Shown here: positions 29,718 through 39,018 of the stretch, piece after piece | How positions within the stretch are numbered: the first letter of the stretch is position 1 | How the letters are laid out: the number at the start of each line of letters is the position of its first letter | UHGV virus genome: UHGV-1376410 | Direction: 5' to 3' (one strand) | Source of the DNA: a virus | Length of the DNA stretch: 47,591 nt | Notes under the pieces: generated by a model | Seen by the model: the letters and a program-made list of their open reading frames with translations, nothing else | What the model was told of the DNA's origin: nothing | Database searches by the model: none | Position numbers and translations under genes: made by a program

Positions 29718-30642
29718 TGCCCGGCTTCCGCAGCCAAAATTAAGCATGAGCCTGACAGACCCACTCGGCGCAGTGGGTCGCGTCAATAAGATGGTGCGCG
29801 ACGTTGACGCCAGATATATGACGCTAAAATCGCAGGTTGCCGAGCTGTTCCGCACCATTCCTGTGGCGACCGGCAATGCTGAGGCTGGAAATTATTATTA
29901 TGATTTCTCCGCCTACCGCGCATCGACATTCTTTGATGAACTTCAGCGCATTCTTGATAGTCATCTGCTGGAAGGTGATGATTTCACGCACGGAAGAATG
30001 TGGGCATCATCTTATGTCAGCGATGCCATGTATGCCGGTACGCAGAAGGCAAACTCAGACCTTGGCGACCTGTCGTCGGCATATAAAGACAGCAGGCCGC
30101 TTGCTGAAATCCTGTACTCTCAGCCGTATCTCGACAGGCTTCAGTTAGCGTACACGCGCACGTATAACGATTGGGGTGGCCTTTCAGATTACACGCGGCA
30201 ACAGGTGGCAGAGGTCATCACTGCTGGCATTGCAAATGGCGACGCTCCTGGAGTGGTTGAGCAAAACATCGTTAACCGCATGGACGTGTCAAGGAGTTAT
30301 GCGCGGTCAATCGCTCAGACTGAAATTACCAACACCCTGCGCGAGGCTAACAGGCGCGAAGTGAAAGAGGCGCAAGTCACGCTGGGGATGGATACCATCA
30401 TGCTCTGGCAGTCGGCGTTGATGAAGACCACCCGCGTTACTCATGCCGCGCGTCATGGGAAGTATTACACCCCGGAAGAGATTGATGAGTTCTACAGCGA
30501 AGGCGCAAACCGCCGTAACTGTCATTGTGCACAGACCCCGGCTCTGGTGATGGATGGCAAGCCTGTGATACTTGAGAAGACGCAAGAAAGGCTCGATAAG
30601 CAGCGTGAAGCATGGCAGGACACACACAAGAAAGCCGCCTGA
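29698..30642 (+). CDS. head morphogenesis / minor capsid protein (SPP1 gp7 / Mu F-like position)
   Basis: Follows the portal with a 20-nt overlap; listed ORF start 29593 is probably too far upstream. Confidence 0.5.
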   Translation: MRLLKINARLPQPKLSMSLTDPLGAVGRVNKMVRDVDARYMTLKSQVAELFRTIPVATGNAEAGNYYYDFSAYRASTFFDELQRILDSHLLEGDDFTHGRMWASSYVSDAMYAGTQKANSDLGDLSSAYKDSRPLAEILYSQPYLDRLQLAYTRTYNDWGGLSDYTRQQVAEVITAGIANGDAPGVVEQNIVNRMDVSRSYARSIAQTEITNTLREANRREVKEAQVTLGMDTIMLWQSALMKTTRVTHAARHGKYYTPEEIDEFYSEGANRRNCHCAQTPALVMDGKPVILEKTQERLDKQREAWQDTHKKAA

Positions 30643-30660
30643 TGGCGGCTTTTGCTTATT
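30630..30660. terminator. Rho-independent terminator (bidirectional, between convergent genes)
   Basis: AAGCCGCC-TGAT-GGCGGCTT hairpin and T-run. Confidence 0.7.
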
Positions 30661-30847
30661 TGTATTTAGGGGTTCTGTCACACATCAGGAATCCAGTGTT
30701 ATATGAGTATGCGCAATCCCATTTATCTCCGTGATTAACCTCAACCCCACGATCAAATCCGTACTTTTCGCCGAGCGCAAATCCAGAGACAAATATAAAT
30801 ATGACAACAATTGTTGCAATCAAAGTCTCTTTCGCACCTTTCTTCAT
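30656..30847 (-). CDS. small membrane protein
   Basis: TM helix LIATIVVIFIFVSGFALG; start 2 nt after the stop of the 251-aa gene. Confidence 0.5.
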   Translation of the reverse strand: MKKGAKETLIATIVVIFIFVSGFALGEKYGFDRGVEVNHGDKWDCAYSYNTGFLMCDRTPKYK

Positions 30848-30848
30848 T

Positions 30849-31604
30849 CTATCCCTCCAGCTTCATGCCAGGCACTTTTCCAGCGGCAACGAGGTCGTAA
30901 ATTTCCTCAGCGGCAGCCTGGCACCATCCAGTTGACATAATTGTTTTCACTGCCTCATCGCGTTTTCGATCGGCTTCTGAGCGGATGGGGCGGAATGTAA
31001 CGTCGCCAATGTTATATGCATCCTCTCTACCGCTTTCTTTTAGCTTAACGACAACAATTTGATTGCTTACGAAGAGTATCTGGCACGGCTTCCATTCATC
31101 GCCAGCCCACGAACGCTCGCAATCACACCCAACCGGCGGCAAGCCTTCGCCGCTCCACACCTGAGACGCCTCAAATTGAGCATATTTCTCAGATGGCATG
31201 CTCATGCGGTAGGCAATGATATCCATATCGCTACCATCCTGAGACCAACGCAGTAGGTTGGCGTCAGAAGTCTTGGCGACATGAAATGCAGTCCTATTTC
31301 TGAATTGAACCTCAACAAGCGCATCATCAGGAACCGGGCATTCACCACCGCCCCAACTAATCCAGCCGTCACTTTTGGCAGCCAGCGCGGCTTCGTACTG
31401 TTCGCGGGTGACCGCATTTGTGTAACTGTGCGGGTGTTTATATTTGTTCCATGCGTCGGATGCCATAGGTAAAGAAAACCCCCGCGGCGCGAATCGACCA
31501 TCAAAGAACACTCGTCCGGATGCATGTGTAGAGATTTCGCAAACACCCTCTGGCCAGCCACCACGCTTCGGCAGTTCTTCAACCAAAATATCAATCAGCT
31601 TCAT
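30849..31604 (-). CDS. hypothetical 251-aa protein (reverse-strand cassette)
   Basis: Long ORF; Trp/Cys-containing, no recognisable family. Confidence 0.5.
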   Translation of the reverse strand: MKLIDILVEELPKRGGWPEGVCEISTHASGRVFFDGRFAPRGFSLPMASDAWNKYKHPHSYTNAVTREQYEAALAAKSDGWISWGGGECPVPDDALVEVQFRNRTAFHVAKTSDANLLRWSQDGSDMDIIAYRMSMPSEKYAQFEASQVWSGEGLPPVGCDCERSWAGDEWKPCQILFVSNQIVVVKLKESGREDAYNIGDVTFRPIRSEADRKRDEAVKTIMSTGWCQAAAEEIYDLVAAGKVPGMKLEG

Positions 31605-31731
31605 TTCTTATCTCCGTTATAAATGCTTTTCAGCTCACCCATCACATCCAGCCATGCTGCATGCTCATCCATTCCGCGCATCACCAGCCTTACGTAGCGA
31701 TTACGGGCCTTAAACATCAGGCGCGGGCACA

Positions 31732-32022
31732 TTATTTGTCGCCCATCGTTGACAGGCAGACTTCACGGGCGACAGCGGCCACTTCTTTCGGTGTCTTGTC
31801 TGTCATTTTGTATGCCCCATCAACGATGGCCTTGCTGAGTTGGTTAAATTCAGCGCTATACTGGCCTCCAGAAGAAACCATCAGCGCGATCTGCTTTGAT
31901 ACGCCAGCATCACGGGCTTCTGCCGCCGCTTCACCGAACTCACCAACTGCATTGCAAAACTCGCCAGCCGACGCACCAAATGAAGCCATTGCGAATACTG
32001 CTGCTGCGATTAATTTTTTCAT
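31732..32022 (-). CDS. hypothetical secreted protein
   Basis: Signal peptide MKKLIAAAVFAMASFGASA; GGGGA SD. Confidence 0.5.
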   Translation of the reverse strand: MKKLIAAAVFAMASFGASAGEFCNAVGEFGEAAAEARDAGVSKQIALMVSSGGQYSAEFNQLSKAIVDGAYKMTDKTPKEVAAVAREVCLSTMGDK

Positions 32023-32065
32023 CTTGAATCCCCTTTGTTTGTGTAACTACATCATCGCTTACGAT

Positions 32066-32099
32066 TCAATCTACGTCAAGACTATTGTGATAAAATAAT
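32066..32099. promoter_or_regulatory. Motif TTCAATCTACGTCAAG plus extended -10 TGATAAAAT upstream of the endolysin; its reverse complement gives a TTGACG -35 for the leftward cassette
   Basis: Sequence. Confidence 0.45.
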
Positions 32100-32119
32100 C
32101 TGCATCACCGGAGGTAAAA

Positions 32120-32569
32120 ATGAAACTATCGCAGCGTGGCATTGATTTAATTAAACAATTCGAGGGTTACAGCTCGAAGGCATATCCAGACCCAGCCACT
32201 GGCGGAGCGCCGTGGACTATCGGTTACGGCACTACCGTCTATCCATCTGGAGAAAAGGTTGCAAAAGGCGACACGGTAACTCCAAATCATGCTGAATATT
32301 GTCTTCGCAATGACGTAGCAAAGTTTGAAAGCGGCGTCTCGTCACTCGTCACTGCCCCAACCACTCAGGGGCAGTTTGATGCAATGGTGTCGCTGGCCTA
32401 CAACATTGGCCTTGGTAACTTTGGTAAATCAACTCTGCTGAAAAAGCATAATGCCCGCTGCTACACCTGCGCCGCCGACCAGTTCCGGGTATGGAATCGC
32501 GCCAATGGCAAAGTCATGAACGGACTGACCAAGCGCAGGGCGGCAGAACGTCAGGTCTACATGTCATGA
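32120..32569 (+). CDS. endolysin, GH24 (T4-type) lysozyme
   Basis: LIKQFEG (catalytic Glu), YPDPATG (Asp), TIGYG (Thr). Confidence 0.9.
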   Translation: MKLSQRGIDLIKQFEGYSSKAYPDPATGGAPWTIGYGTTVYPSGEKVAKGDTVTPNHAEYCLRNDVAKFESGVSSLVTAPTTQGQFDAMVSLAYNIGLGNFGKSTLLKKHNARCYTCAADQFRVWNRANGKVMNGLTKRRAAERQVYMS

Positions 32570-32799
32570 AGCGCATCAGTAACTGGCTTATCGGCATTTG
32601 GGCATCATTCTGCTCGCTGATTCAGCTCTGGCCTGACGCCATGGTTCATGTGTGGGCTTTCATGCCTGAAGACCTCAGGTCTGCCATTCCGCCGATTGCG
32701 GTAAAGGCGATCAGCTACAGCATCCTTCTTGCCTCGCTGTTTGGAAAAATGCACGGCATGAAGAAAGAGATTAAGGCGCTGAAAAATGACCAGAATTAA
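32566..32799 (+). CDS. holin candidate (two TM helices, charged C-terminus)
   Basis: 77 aa; ATGA overlap with the endolysin stop; TM helices WLIGIWASFCSLIQLW and IAVKAISYSILLASLF. Confidence 0.5.
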   Translation: MKRISNWLIGIWASFCSLIQLWPDAMVHVWAFMPEDLRSAIPPIAVKAISYSILLASLFGKMHGMKKEIKALKNDQN

Positions 32800-33166
32800 G
32801 TTAATTCTAATCGCCATAGGCGTCGCGGTAATCATTGCTGCATCTGGTTATGGCGCTGGATACATGAAGGGATGGTATGCGCACAGCGAAAAAGTTAATC
32901 GTGACGCAGAAAAGCGCAGGCAGGAGGTGCAAAGCAAGCAGGCTAAGTCCACGGAGCAATCTCAGCAGGTGCGCGTTGTGACTGAAACCAAATACAAAAC
33001 CATTTACCGCGACGTGGTGAAATATGTCTCCGACCCGAATCGTAATGTGTGTGTTTTTGATGACAACTATCAGCGGTTGCGCCAACAATCACTCGACGCC
33101 GACGCCTCCGTCAGCAGAGATGCTAGGTCAGGTGTGCGAATTATCGAAAGTGGCGCCAAAAAATAG
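32786..33166 (+). CDS. i-spanin (Rz-like)
   Basis: N-terminal TM, then a charged coiled coil. Confidence 0.65.
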   Translation: MTRIKLILIAIGVAVIIAASGYGAGYMKGWYAHSEKVNRDAEKRRQEVQSKQAKSTEQSQQVRVVTETKYKTIYRDVVKYVSDPNRNVCVFDDNYQRLRQQSLDADASVSRDARSGVRIIESGAKK

Positions 33167-33269
33167 CGACGAAAGTATCGTTATGGAGAACCAGAACACG
33201 GAGTGCGCCACAAAAAGAAAGATGACGATTTACGACTGGCAGGATTGGTATCGCGATAACTTCCAATAA
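33024..33269 (+). CDS. o-spanin (Rz1-like lipoprotein), overlapped with the i-spanin in the +1 frame
   Basis: Lipobox LMTTISGC; starts inside the Rz gene and extends past it; likely start at 33045. Confidence 0.6.
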   Translation: MSPTRIVMCVFLMTTISGCANNHSTPTPPSAEMLGQVCELSKVAPKNSDESIVMENQNTECATKRKMTIYDWQDWYRDNFQ

Positions 33270-33297
33270 AAAAGCCCCGCAAGGGGCTTTGTTTTAG
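33268..33297. terminator. Rho-independent terminator
   Basis: AGCCCC-GCAA-GGGGCT hairpin then TTTGTTTT. Confidence 0.7.
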
Positions 33298-33440
33298 AAA
33301 ATACCAAGGTCAATCTCACGCATAAAGCGCCTCCATTTTGTACCCAAACATGGTCGCATTCTGATGCTCAACACTACCAGCAAACGCCAGATAGCGGCGA
33401 CCACGATTGCTGGTGATGATGTAGGCTGCTGGCTCTCGCT

Positions 33441-33668
33441 TCATAGCTTCACCATCGACGCTTTGCTGACACTTTTGTTGATGTGCTGGATGCACTTGAT
33501 AATCACCCCAACCTCATCATGAGTAAACAGGCTGCAATCATATGCAGCATTGACCTTGTCTCCAGTCACTTCAATAGTCAGGTGCTTGCCTTTGAATCGT
33601 GCGGCAAACCCATTACACTCAAAGTGCCCTGATTCTTGTGCTTCGGTGCTTTTGCATTGTGCCATCAC
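33441..33668 (-). CDS. hypothetical protein
   Basis: ORF, ATGA coupling. Confidence 0.4.
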   Translation of the reverse strand: MMAQCKSTEAQESGHFECNGFAARFKGKHLTIEVTGDKVNAAYDCSLFTHDEVGVIIKCIQHINKSVSKASMVKL

Positions 33669-34138
33669 TTGATCTCCCCATTCAGTTCATTAACAATTAA
33701 TGTTGCATAGCCAGCAATGTCTTTCCAGCTATCGTCGTATGTCGGGTCGCCATTCAGGATTCGACCGATTTTATGCTGAATCATATCGAGAGCTTCCTTC
33801 TGGCTTGCCGTCAGGTTATTCCATCCGTCAGCGTCGCGCATGGTGTCTTTCAGTGACTGCACGATTTCTGCGCCGTCTTTGAATTTCCCGTAGCGGCTGC
33901 CGCGCTCGGTGATAAGGGCTTCTGTGGAACTGGTGCGCCCATTCAAGTCATCATCAGTTACTGGCTCACGATGGGCGATAACAATATCGCCAGCCTTTTC
34001 GATATCCTTATCTCGCCCTGCGTAATCCAAGCCAAGATGGTATACCCTGCCACTGATCGCTGACTTCACAACAAGAATGGCGCCAGGATGGTCGTAAAAA
34101 TCCGCTTCACTTCCTTTATGGTATTTGTATTTCATCAC
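33665..34138 (-). CDS. hypothetical 157-aa protein
   Basis: ORF, coupled to neighbours. Confidence 0.5.
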   Translation of the reverse strand: MMKYKYHKGSEADFYDHPGAILVVKSAISGRVYHLGLDYAGRDKDIEKAGDIVIAHREPVTDDDLNGRTSSTEALITERGSRYGKFKDGAEIVQSLKDTMRDADGWNNLTASQKEALDMIQHKIGRILNGDPTYDDSWKDIAGYATLIVNELNGEIK

Positions 34139-34335
34139 TCACCTCTCAACGTAACTTTGTTTTTCTCATCCACGCTGAAGTGTTCGCGCACAAACGCATA
34201 CATTTCTTCAGCACTCCATTCACGCATTGCTACATAGCAGTGCGCGTAATATCTGACATCTCGCAGGCTTAACGGCTGGCGCTTAGCGATAATCTCAGTC
34301 AGTACTTCCAGTGGTTCTTTGCGTTGTCTCGCCAT
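34135..34335 (-). CDS. hypothetical protein
   Basis: ORF. Confidence 0.45.
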   Translation of the reverse strand: MARQRKEPLEVLTEIIAKRQPLSLRDVRYYAHCYVAMREWSAEEMYAFVREHFSVDEKNKVTLRGE

Positions 34336-34362
34336 TGTCGCTCTCCTGTGAAATCATCTTGA

Positions 34363-34407
34363 CTAATCTACGTCAATTAGTCAATACTAGGTGTTGTAGA
34401 TTATAAC
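34363..34407. promoter_or_regulatory. Inverted pair of motif copies (CTAATCTACGTCAA and reverse TTATAATCTACAAC) in the divergent region
   Basis: + strand TAGATT -10-like at 34397-34402 ahead of the HNH gene. Confidence 0.45.
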
Positions 34408-34430
34408 ATCTTAATGCGAGTGATGTGGAT

Positions 34431-34946
34431 ATGAACTTTATTGACTTGTTTGTTTACGAAAACGGCAAGCTTTACTGGAAGGTTAAGCCGTCAAACAACG
34501 TAAAGGCTGGCGCAAGGATTGGGTGCCTGGAGCCAACGACAGGTTATCGAAAGGTAAAAGTAAAATACACCCAGACATATGAGCACAGGATTGTTTGGGA
34601 GCTATTTAACGGACCAATACCGGAAGACATGGAAATTGATCACATCAACCACATCAGAGATGACAACCGAATAGAGAATCTCAGGCTTGTTAACAGGAGA
34701 GAAAACACGAGAAACAGTTCAATCAGGAGCGACAACACCAGTGGTGTTGTTGGTGTTTGTTTTGATAAAAAGCGCGGCAAGTGGTACGCGCAAATAGTCT
34801 TAAACGGAACAAGGCTGCACTTAGGTCGCTTTTCAGAAAAGAGCGAAGCAATAAAGACCAGACTTGAAGCTGAAATGAAATATGGTTTCCATGAAAACCA
34901 TGGAATCAATAGGCCAAAAAGAATGATAAAAGGTGGTGTGGAATGA
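34431..34946 (+). CDS. HNH homing endonuclease with AP2-like domain
   Basis: IDHINHIRDDNRIENLR and GVVGVCF..KW blocks; listed ORF starts at GTG 34425. Confidence 0.8.
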   Translation: MNFIDLFVYENGKLYWKVKPSNNVKAGARIGCLEPTTGYRKVKVKYTQTYEHRIVWELFNGPIPEDMEIDHINHIRDDNRIENLRLVNRRENTRNSSIRSDNTSGVVGVCFDKKRGKWYAQIVLNGTRLHLGRFSEKSEAIKTRLEAEMKYGFHENHGINRPKRMIKGGVE

Positions 34947-35158
34947 AGAAGTGGCAGGAGGTGACAGAGATTCATAAGCGCGATTGCCGGGAGACTCTGC
35001 AAATGCTTAATGTTCCAGAGTCAATCATTAAATCTATCGAGCGGCGCATTGACCTGGCTGCTATGGAGGCCGCCCATGAAGCCGAGGAAGCGCAAATGTT
35101 GTCATGGATGGACAGAACTCTACCGGGCGTTTTACATTGTGGTAAGACTACCGATTGA
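34943..35158 (+). CDS. hypothetical protein
   Basis: ORF, ATGA coupled. Confidence 0.4.
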   Translation: MKKWQEVTEIHKRDCRETLQMLNVPESIIKSIERRIDLAAMEAAHEAEEAQMLSWMDRTLPGVLHCGKTTD

Positions 35159-35241
35159 AGATGATGACGGGTATCTGCATAACCATAGTCAGGTACTCAA
35201 ATATTATGGCGTTCACTACAAAGTTCTGATGGAGAGAAAAA

Positions 35242-35433
35242 ATGACTACTGATCAGGTGTACGAAAAAGAGTTGCTGAACAAGCTGGAAGAACTTGACCG
35301 TACTCGCGCATGGGTTGAAAGCGAATTGCGCGAGGTTCGCAATCGTATGCAACGGCAGGTAAACCGCGAAATTATCGAATGGCGCGAAGGGCGTCCGCAT
35401 TTCAGCAATATTGGTGAGTGGGTGGCGAAATGA
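35242..35433 (+). CDS. hypothetical coiled-coil protein
   Basis: ORF. Confidence 0.4.
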   Translation: MTTDQVYEKELLNKLEELDRTRAWVESELREVRNRMQRQVNREIIEWREGRPHFSNIGEWVAK

Positions 35434-35654
35434 GAAAAGCCAGCACGTTGCTTCAGTTAATCATGGCTGACATCAGGGAAGACAATGCAAGGGCATCGTG
35501 GCAGAAAAACCAGCCTGACCGCCGAACATTGAAACAGATGCTGCATACCAAGTGCAGGCGACCTGGCATAAAACGCAATTATCGCAGGGACAGGGTACTG
35601 AGAAAACTATGCAACATTCAGGCTAAATACATGATGGGGAAGGTGGTGAAATGA
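35430..35654 (+). CDS. hypothetical basic protein
   Basis: ORF, coupled. Confidence 0.4.
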   Translation: MRKASTLLQLIMADIREDNARASWQKNQPDRRTLKQMLHTKCRRPGIKRNYRRDRVLRKLCNIQAKYMMGKVVK

Positions 35655-35887
35655 AACCAATGATGGGCAGCAATGGGCTGCTTGAGTGCCATAAATGCGG
35701 GAGCCTTGATGTTTACGCCTGCGTAAAGGGTTCGGCGTGGATTATTGAGTGTAATGATTGCGGAAAGAAAGGTGGCGAATATCTCCGCCTTTGCACCGCG
35801 GTGAGGTCATGGAATACCAGGGGTGGCCAGCTATACACGGTCGAAGACTACAAGCATGATGAACTGGAGCGTAAACATGGACTTTAA
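35651..35887 (+). CDS. Lar-family restriction-alleviation-like zinc-ribbon protein
   Basis: CHKCG...C..ECNDCG four-Cys pattern and C-terminal SWNTR motif. Confidence 0.45.
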   Translation: MKPMMGSNGLLECHKCGSLDVYACVKGSAWIIECNDCGKKGGEYLRLCTAVRSWNTRGGQLYTVEDYKHDELERKHGL

Positions 35888-36347
35888 AACGCAAATACTC
35901 ACGGTGATAGAGCGTTGTGGTGGCGCAACCAATGCCATGATACGCAAGCAGACTGGCATGACAAACCGAGCCAGCGTTACTGGCTATCTGATTGAGCTGG
36001 AGGGTATGGGATTTATTATTAAAGAGGAAAGCGTCAGCCATGGCAGGCGCTGCTTTAAGTATTTCCTCAATCCCGATAATACCGCGCTTGATCTGGCAAT
36101 TCAGACGTATCTTGAGGCGAATCCGGGACGCAAAAGCAAGCAGATAGCAGAGGCTATCGGCGTCAACTACACCATCCTCAAGGCACGCATGCGCTATCTG
36201 GCAAGCATTGGTCAGGTTGACCGTGAAATGCTTCCCGGCGGAGCGTGGAAGTATTACTGGCAGGAGGGCATTCCGTTTGGCATGAACCGTGACAGGATGA
36301 TGTTTGAAAAGCTGCTTGCCGGGGCGCGTCAGTCATGTGGGCGGTAA
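35877..36347 (+). CDS. winged-helix DNA-binding protein (two wHTH-like repeats)
   Basis: Repeated helix-turn-helix-like segments; listed ORF starts upstream at 35823. Confidence 0.45.
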   Translation: MDFKTQILTVIERCGGATNAMIRKQTGMTNRASVTGYLIELEGMGFIIKEESVSHGRRCFKYFLNPDNTALDLAIQTYLEANPGRKSKQIAEAIGVNYTILKARMRYLASIGQVDREMLPGGAWKYYWQEGIPFGMNRDRMMFEKLLAGARQSCGR

Positions 36348-36625
36348 AGCATAAATCAGGAACCGTGCTGTTTGTCACCAACTGTGAACGCACGGCCAAT
36401 AATCGCAGAGAGATGGGGTGGATAGTGGAGGAAGTGGATGTGAGCAAGCCAAAAAGCGCATTAATTAAAATTACATGGCATGACGACACGGTTAGCCAGT
36501 GGCATGCAGATTCATTCAGAGAGGGTGAGCACTCCATTGAAATGAATATTGGTGGATGCATCGTTTGCATCCCCTGGAGGTTATACAAAGATGGCGAAGT
36601 TAAACATTTGGATGTGGAGTCGTAA
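36335..36625 (+). CDS. hypothetical protein
   Basis: ORF. Confidence 0.4.
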   Translation: MWAVKHKSGTVLFVTNCERTANNRREMGWIVEEVDVSKPKSALIKITWHDDTVSQWHADSFREGEHSIEMNIGGCIVCIPWRLYKDGEVKHLDVES

Positions 36626-36970
36626 ATGAAACTACAACTTAGCGAAATAATGGAAGCAACAGTCAGTGAACTGGAGGATATCGACATGACGCTTGCCTTT
36701 GAGATTGAGGCTATCGAGCGTCAGCTTGCTGGCAATCAGAATGGAAATAAGGTATGGAGAGAGAAGGCCATGAAGGCAAAGGGACATATGCAGCGCACCC
36801 GCGCGCTGGTTCGCACTCGCCTTGATAAGCTCTACTACGGCGAAGAAAGAATGTTGCACGGCGCCATTCTGGCTGAAATCCGCAAAACGATGCCTATCGG
36901 TAAGTTCATGGATGCCGTAAACCGCGCAAAAATTAACTGCGGAATGTTAAATAAGAATAGTCCTCAATAA
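36626..36970 (+). CDS. hypothetical coiled-coil protein
   Basis: ORF. Confidence 0.4.
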   Translation: MKLQLSEIMEATVSELEDIDMTLAFEIEAIERQLAGNQNGNKVWREKAMKAKGHMQRTRALVRTRLDKLYYGEERMLHGAILAEIRKTMPIGKFMDAVNRAKINCGMLNKNSPQ

Positions 36971-37014
36971 ATTCTTTTCCGTGGCTGTTACCTTGCACTC
37001 AGGAGGTAGCAGCC

Positions 37015-37137
37015 ATGCCAATCATACTGATATCATTCTTTGCTACTCTTTTCGCTTTTACCGCGTCTCCGCTTTACCTTCTCGCGTCCGTTTCGTGGTG
37101 CATATTCATGGTGTGTTATAATCCGGGCATAAAGTAA
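37015..37137 (+). CDS. 40-aa hydrophobic membrane peptide
   Basis: Perfect AGGAGG SD 8 nt upstream; product MPIILISFFATLFAFTASPLYLLASVSWCIFMVCYNPGIK. Confidence 0.4.
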   Translation: MPIILISFFATLFAFTASPLYLLASVSWCIFMVCYNPGIK

Positions 37138-37152
37138 GCGCGGAGAAAGGTC

Positions 37153-38574
37153 ATGATTGTCAAAATTGGCGACAAGTGGGTCGTTAAATCTAAGGATGGC
37201 TCGCACCAGTTTGGCGAGTACGACACCGAAGAGGCGGCTAAAAAGCGCCTTGCTGAGGTGGAGGCATTCAAGCACATGAATAATAAATTACAGGTTAACA
37301 TCCTGTATACCATCAACTCAGCCAGCAACATCAGTGAAAAAATCATTGATGGCGACCCGCATTATGTCATCAAGAATGTTGTGCCGGTTGTGGATGACAT
37401 TGTCATGAATGGCGGCCTGTACCCTGGCGATGAGATTAAAAAATCATTCCATGGGCTTGACGGGAAACCAGCGCCCTATGACCACCCGAAGATTGACGGG
37501 AAATACGTGTCGGCCAACATGACGCGAGCCGCCAATCAGTTCAGCGTTGGTGCATGGATTGAAAACTCATCTCATGACGGCAGCAAAGCACTGGTAGACC
37601 TTTATATTAATAAGGTGGTGGCTGAGCGCTCTGATAAAGGCAGGGAATTGCTGTCGCGCATTGACGGACTCAAAGTTAACAGCGCCGATGCTGAACCTGT
37701 TCAGGTGTCTACCGGTCTGTTACTCAACCGCGAGCAGGCATCAGGAACTTCTAAGGGCAAAAAATATTCCTGGATTGCCCGGAATATGGAATGGGATCAC
37801 CTAGCTATTCTCCCGCCTGGCATTCCCGGCGCTGGCGGCCCTGCTGATGGTGTCGGTATCTTTGCTGCTAACGGCGAAGACATTGAGCGCGTTGTGGTTA
37901 ATCTTGAGGAATCGGCAATTCCAGACGAAAGTGCAAACAAAATCAAATGGTGGCAGCGTGCCATCAATCGCCTGACTGGCAATCAGCTATCATTCACCGA
38001 TATTACTGAACAGCTCCGCAATATCATCAAGGCCGAGACTCAGGCTGATGTATGGCCTTACATCGTCGCCGTTTATGATAATTACTTCGGCGTTGAGATT
38101 GACGGCACCATTTATATGCAGTCCTACGTTATTATAAATGATGTGGTACAATTAGTCGGTGAACGGGTTAAGGCTGTTTATAAGACAGAGCTTGAACCGG
38201 TAAAAACAACTCAAGGGGAAATCTCAATGACTAACGAGGAATTACAGGCTGTATTAGCCGATGCCCTCAAACCGGTTCAGGAATCGTTGACCGCAGTCAA
38301 CCAGAAACTGGCCGATGTGGAGGCGCAAAACAAAACCCTGCGCGACCAGCTTCAAGCCAATGCCGCACAGGAAGAGACCGCAATGCGCACCGCCATTATG
38401 GCTGAGCTGAAGTTGCCGGAATCTGCTGTTAATGCGCTGACTGGCGAAGCACTGCGTGAAACCTATGCACTCACCAGTAAAGCGGCTCCGATTTCCGGCG
38501 GGTTCCAGCCGAACCATGAAGCAGAAGACCAGTGGAAGGATTACGACCTGAATGCTCATCTGGAGGTTAAATAA
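37153..38574 (+). CDS. scaffold/prohead-protease-like head assembly protein (DUF2213-like)
   Basis: Position before the capsid genes; C-terminal coiled coil. Confidence 0.5.
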   Translation: MIVKIGDKWVVKSKDGSHQFGEYDTEEAAKKRLAEVEAFKHMNNKLQVNILYTINSASNISEKIIDGDPHYVIKNVVPVVDDIVMNGGLYPGDEIKKSFHGLDGKPAPYDHPKIDGKYVSANMTRAANQFSVGAWIENSSHDGSKALVDLYINKVVAERSDKGRELLSRIDGLKVNSADAEPVQVSTGLLLNREQASGTSKGKKYSWIARNMEWDHLAILPPGIPGAGGPADGVGIFAANGEDIERVVVNLEESAIPDESANKIKWWQRAINRLTGNQLSFTDITEQLRNIIKAETQADVWPYIVAVYDNYFGVEIDGTIYMQSYVIINDVVQLVGERVKAVYKTELEPVKTTQGEISMTNEELQAVLADALKPVQESLTAVNQKLADVEAQNKTLRDQLQANAAQEETAMRTAIMAELKLPESAVNALTGEALRETYALTSKAAPISGGFQPNHEAEDQWKDYDLNAHLEVK

Positions 38575-39008
38575 TGGTTGCTCATGTGATTTATCGTGGT
38601 CCGGTTGAGCGTGAGCCGGAGACCATTAACGTTCAGATCGCCACCGCGCTGACTCCTGGTGTTGCCGTGAAGAAACTTGCTGCAAATGCCACCGTCGCCA
38701 CAGACGCTAAAGGCCGAATCTTTATCCTCGGCAATCGCCGTTTCTATGGTCAGACCATCGACACAGCATACGCTGCAAATGAAACTGCAGTTCTGTATCG
38801 TGCGGAGCCTGACCAGGAATACTATGTTCAGTTGGCTGCTGCTGCATACACCATCGGTCAGGAATTGACAGTCGGCGCTGCTGGCGTATTCAAGGCCGCT
38901 GCTGCTGGTGATGTAGTGATCGCATTTTTCGACGAGAAGGCAAACCGCACCCTCAGCGCTCAGGGTTTTGGTGATGTCGTTATCGCTAACGCATACGTGA
39001 AAGCATAA
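38574..39008 (+). CDS. head decoration/structural protein candidate
   Basis: Ala-rich 144 aa between the scaffold and major capsid genes. Confidence 0.4.
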   Translation: MVAHVIYRGPVEREPETINVQIATALTPGVAVKKLAANATVATDAKGRIFILGNRRFYGQTIDTAYAANETAVLYRAEPDQEYYVQLAAAAYTIGQELTVGAAGVFKAAAAGDVVIAFFDEKANRTLSAQGFGDVVIANAYVKA

Positions 39009-39018
39009 GGGGATAACG

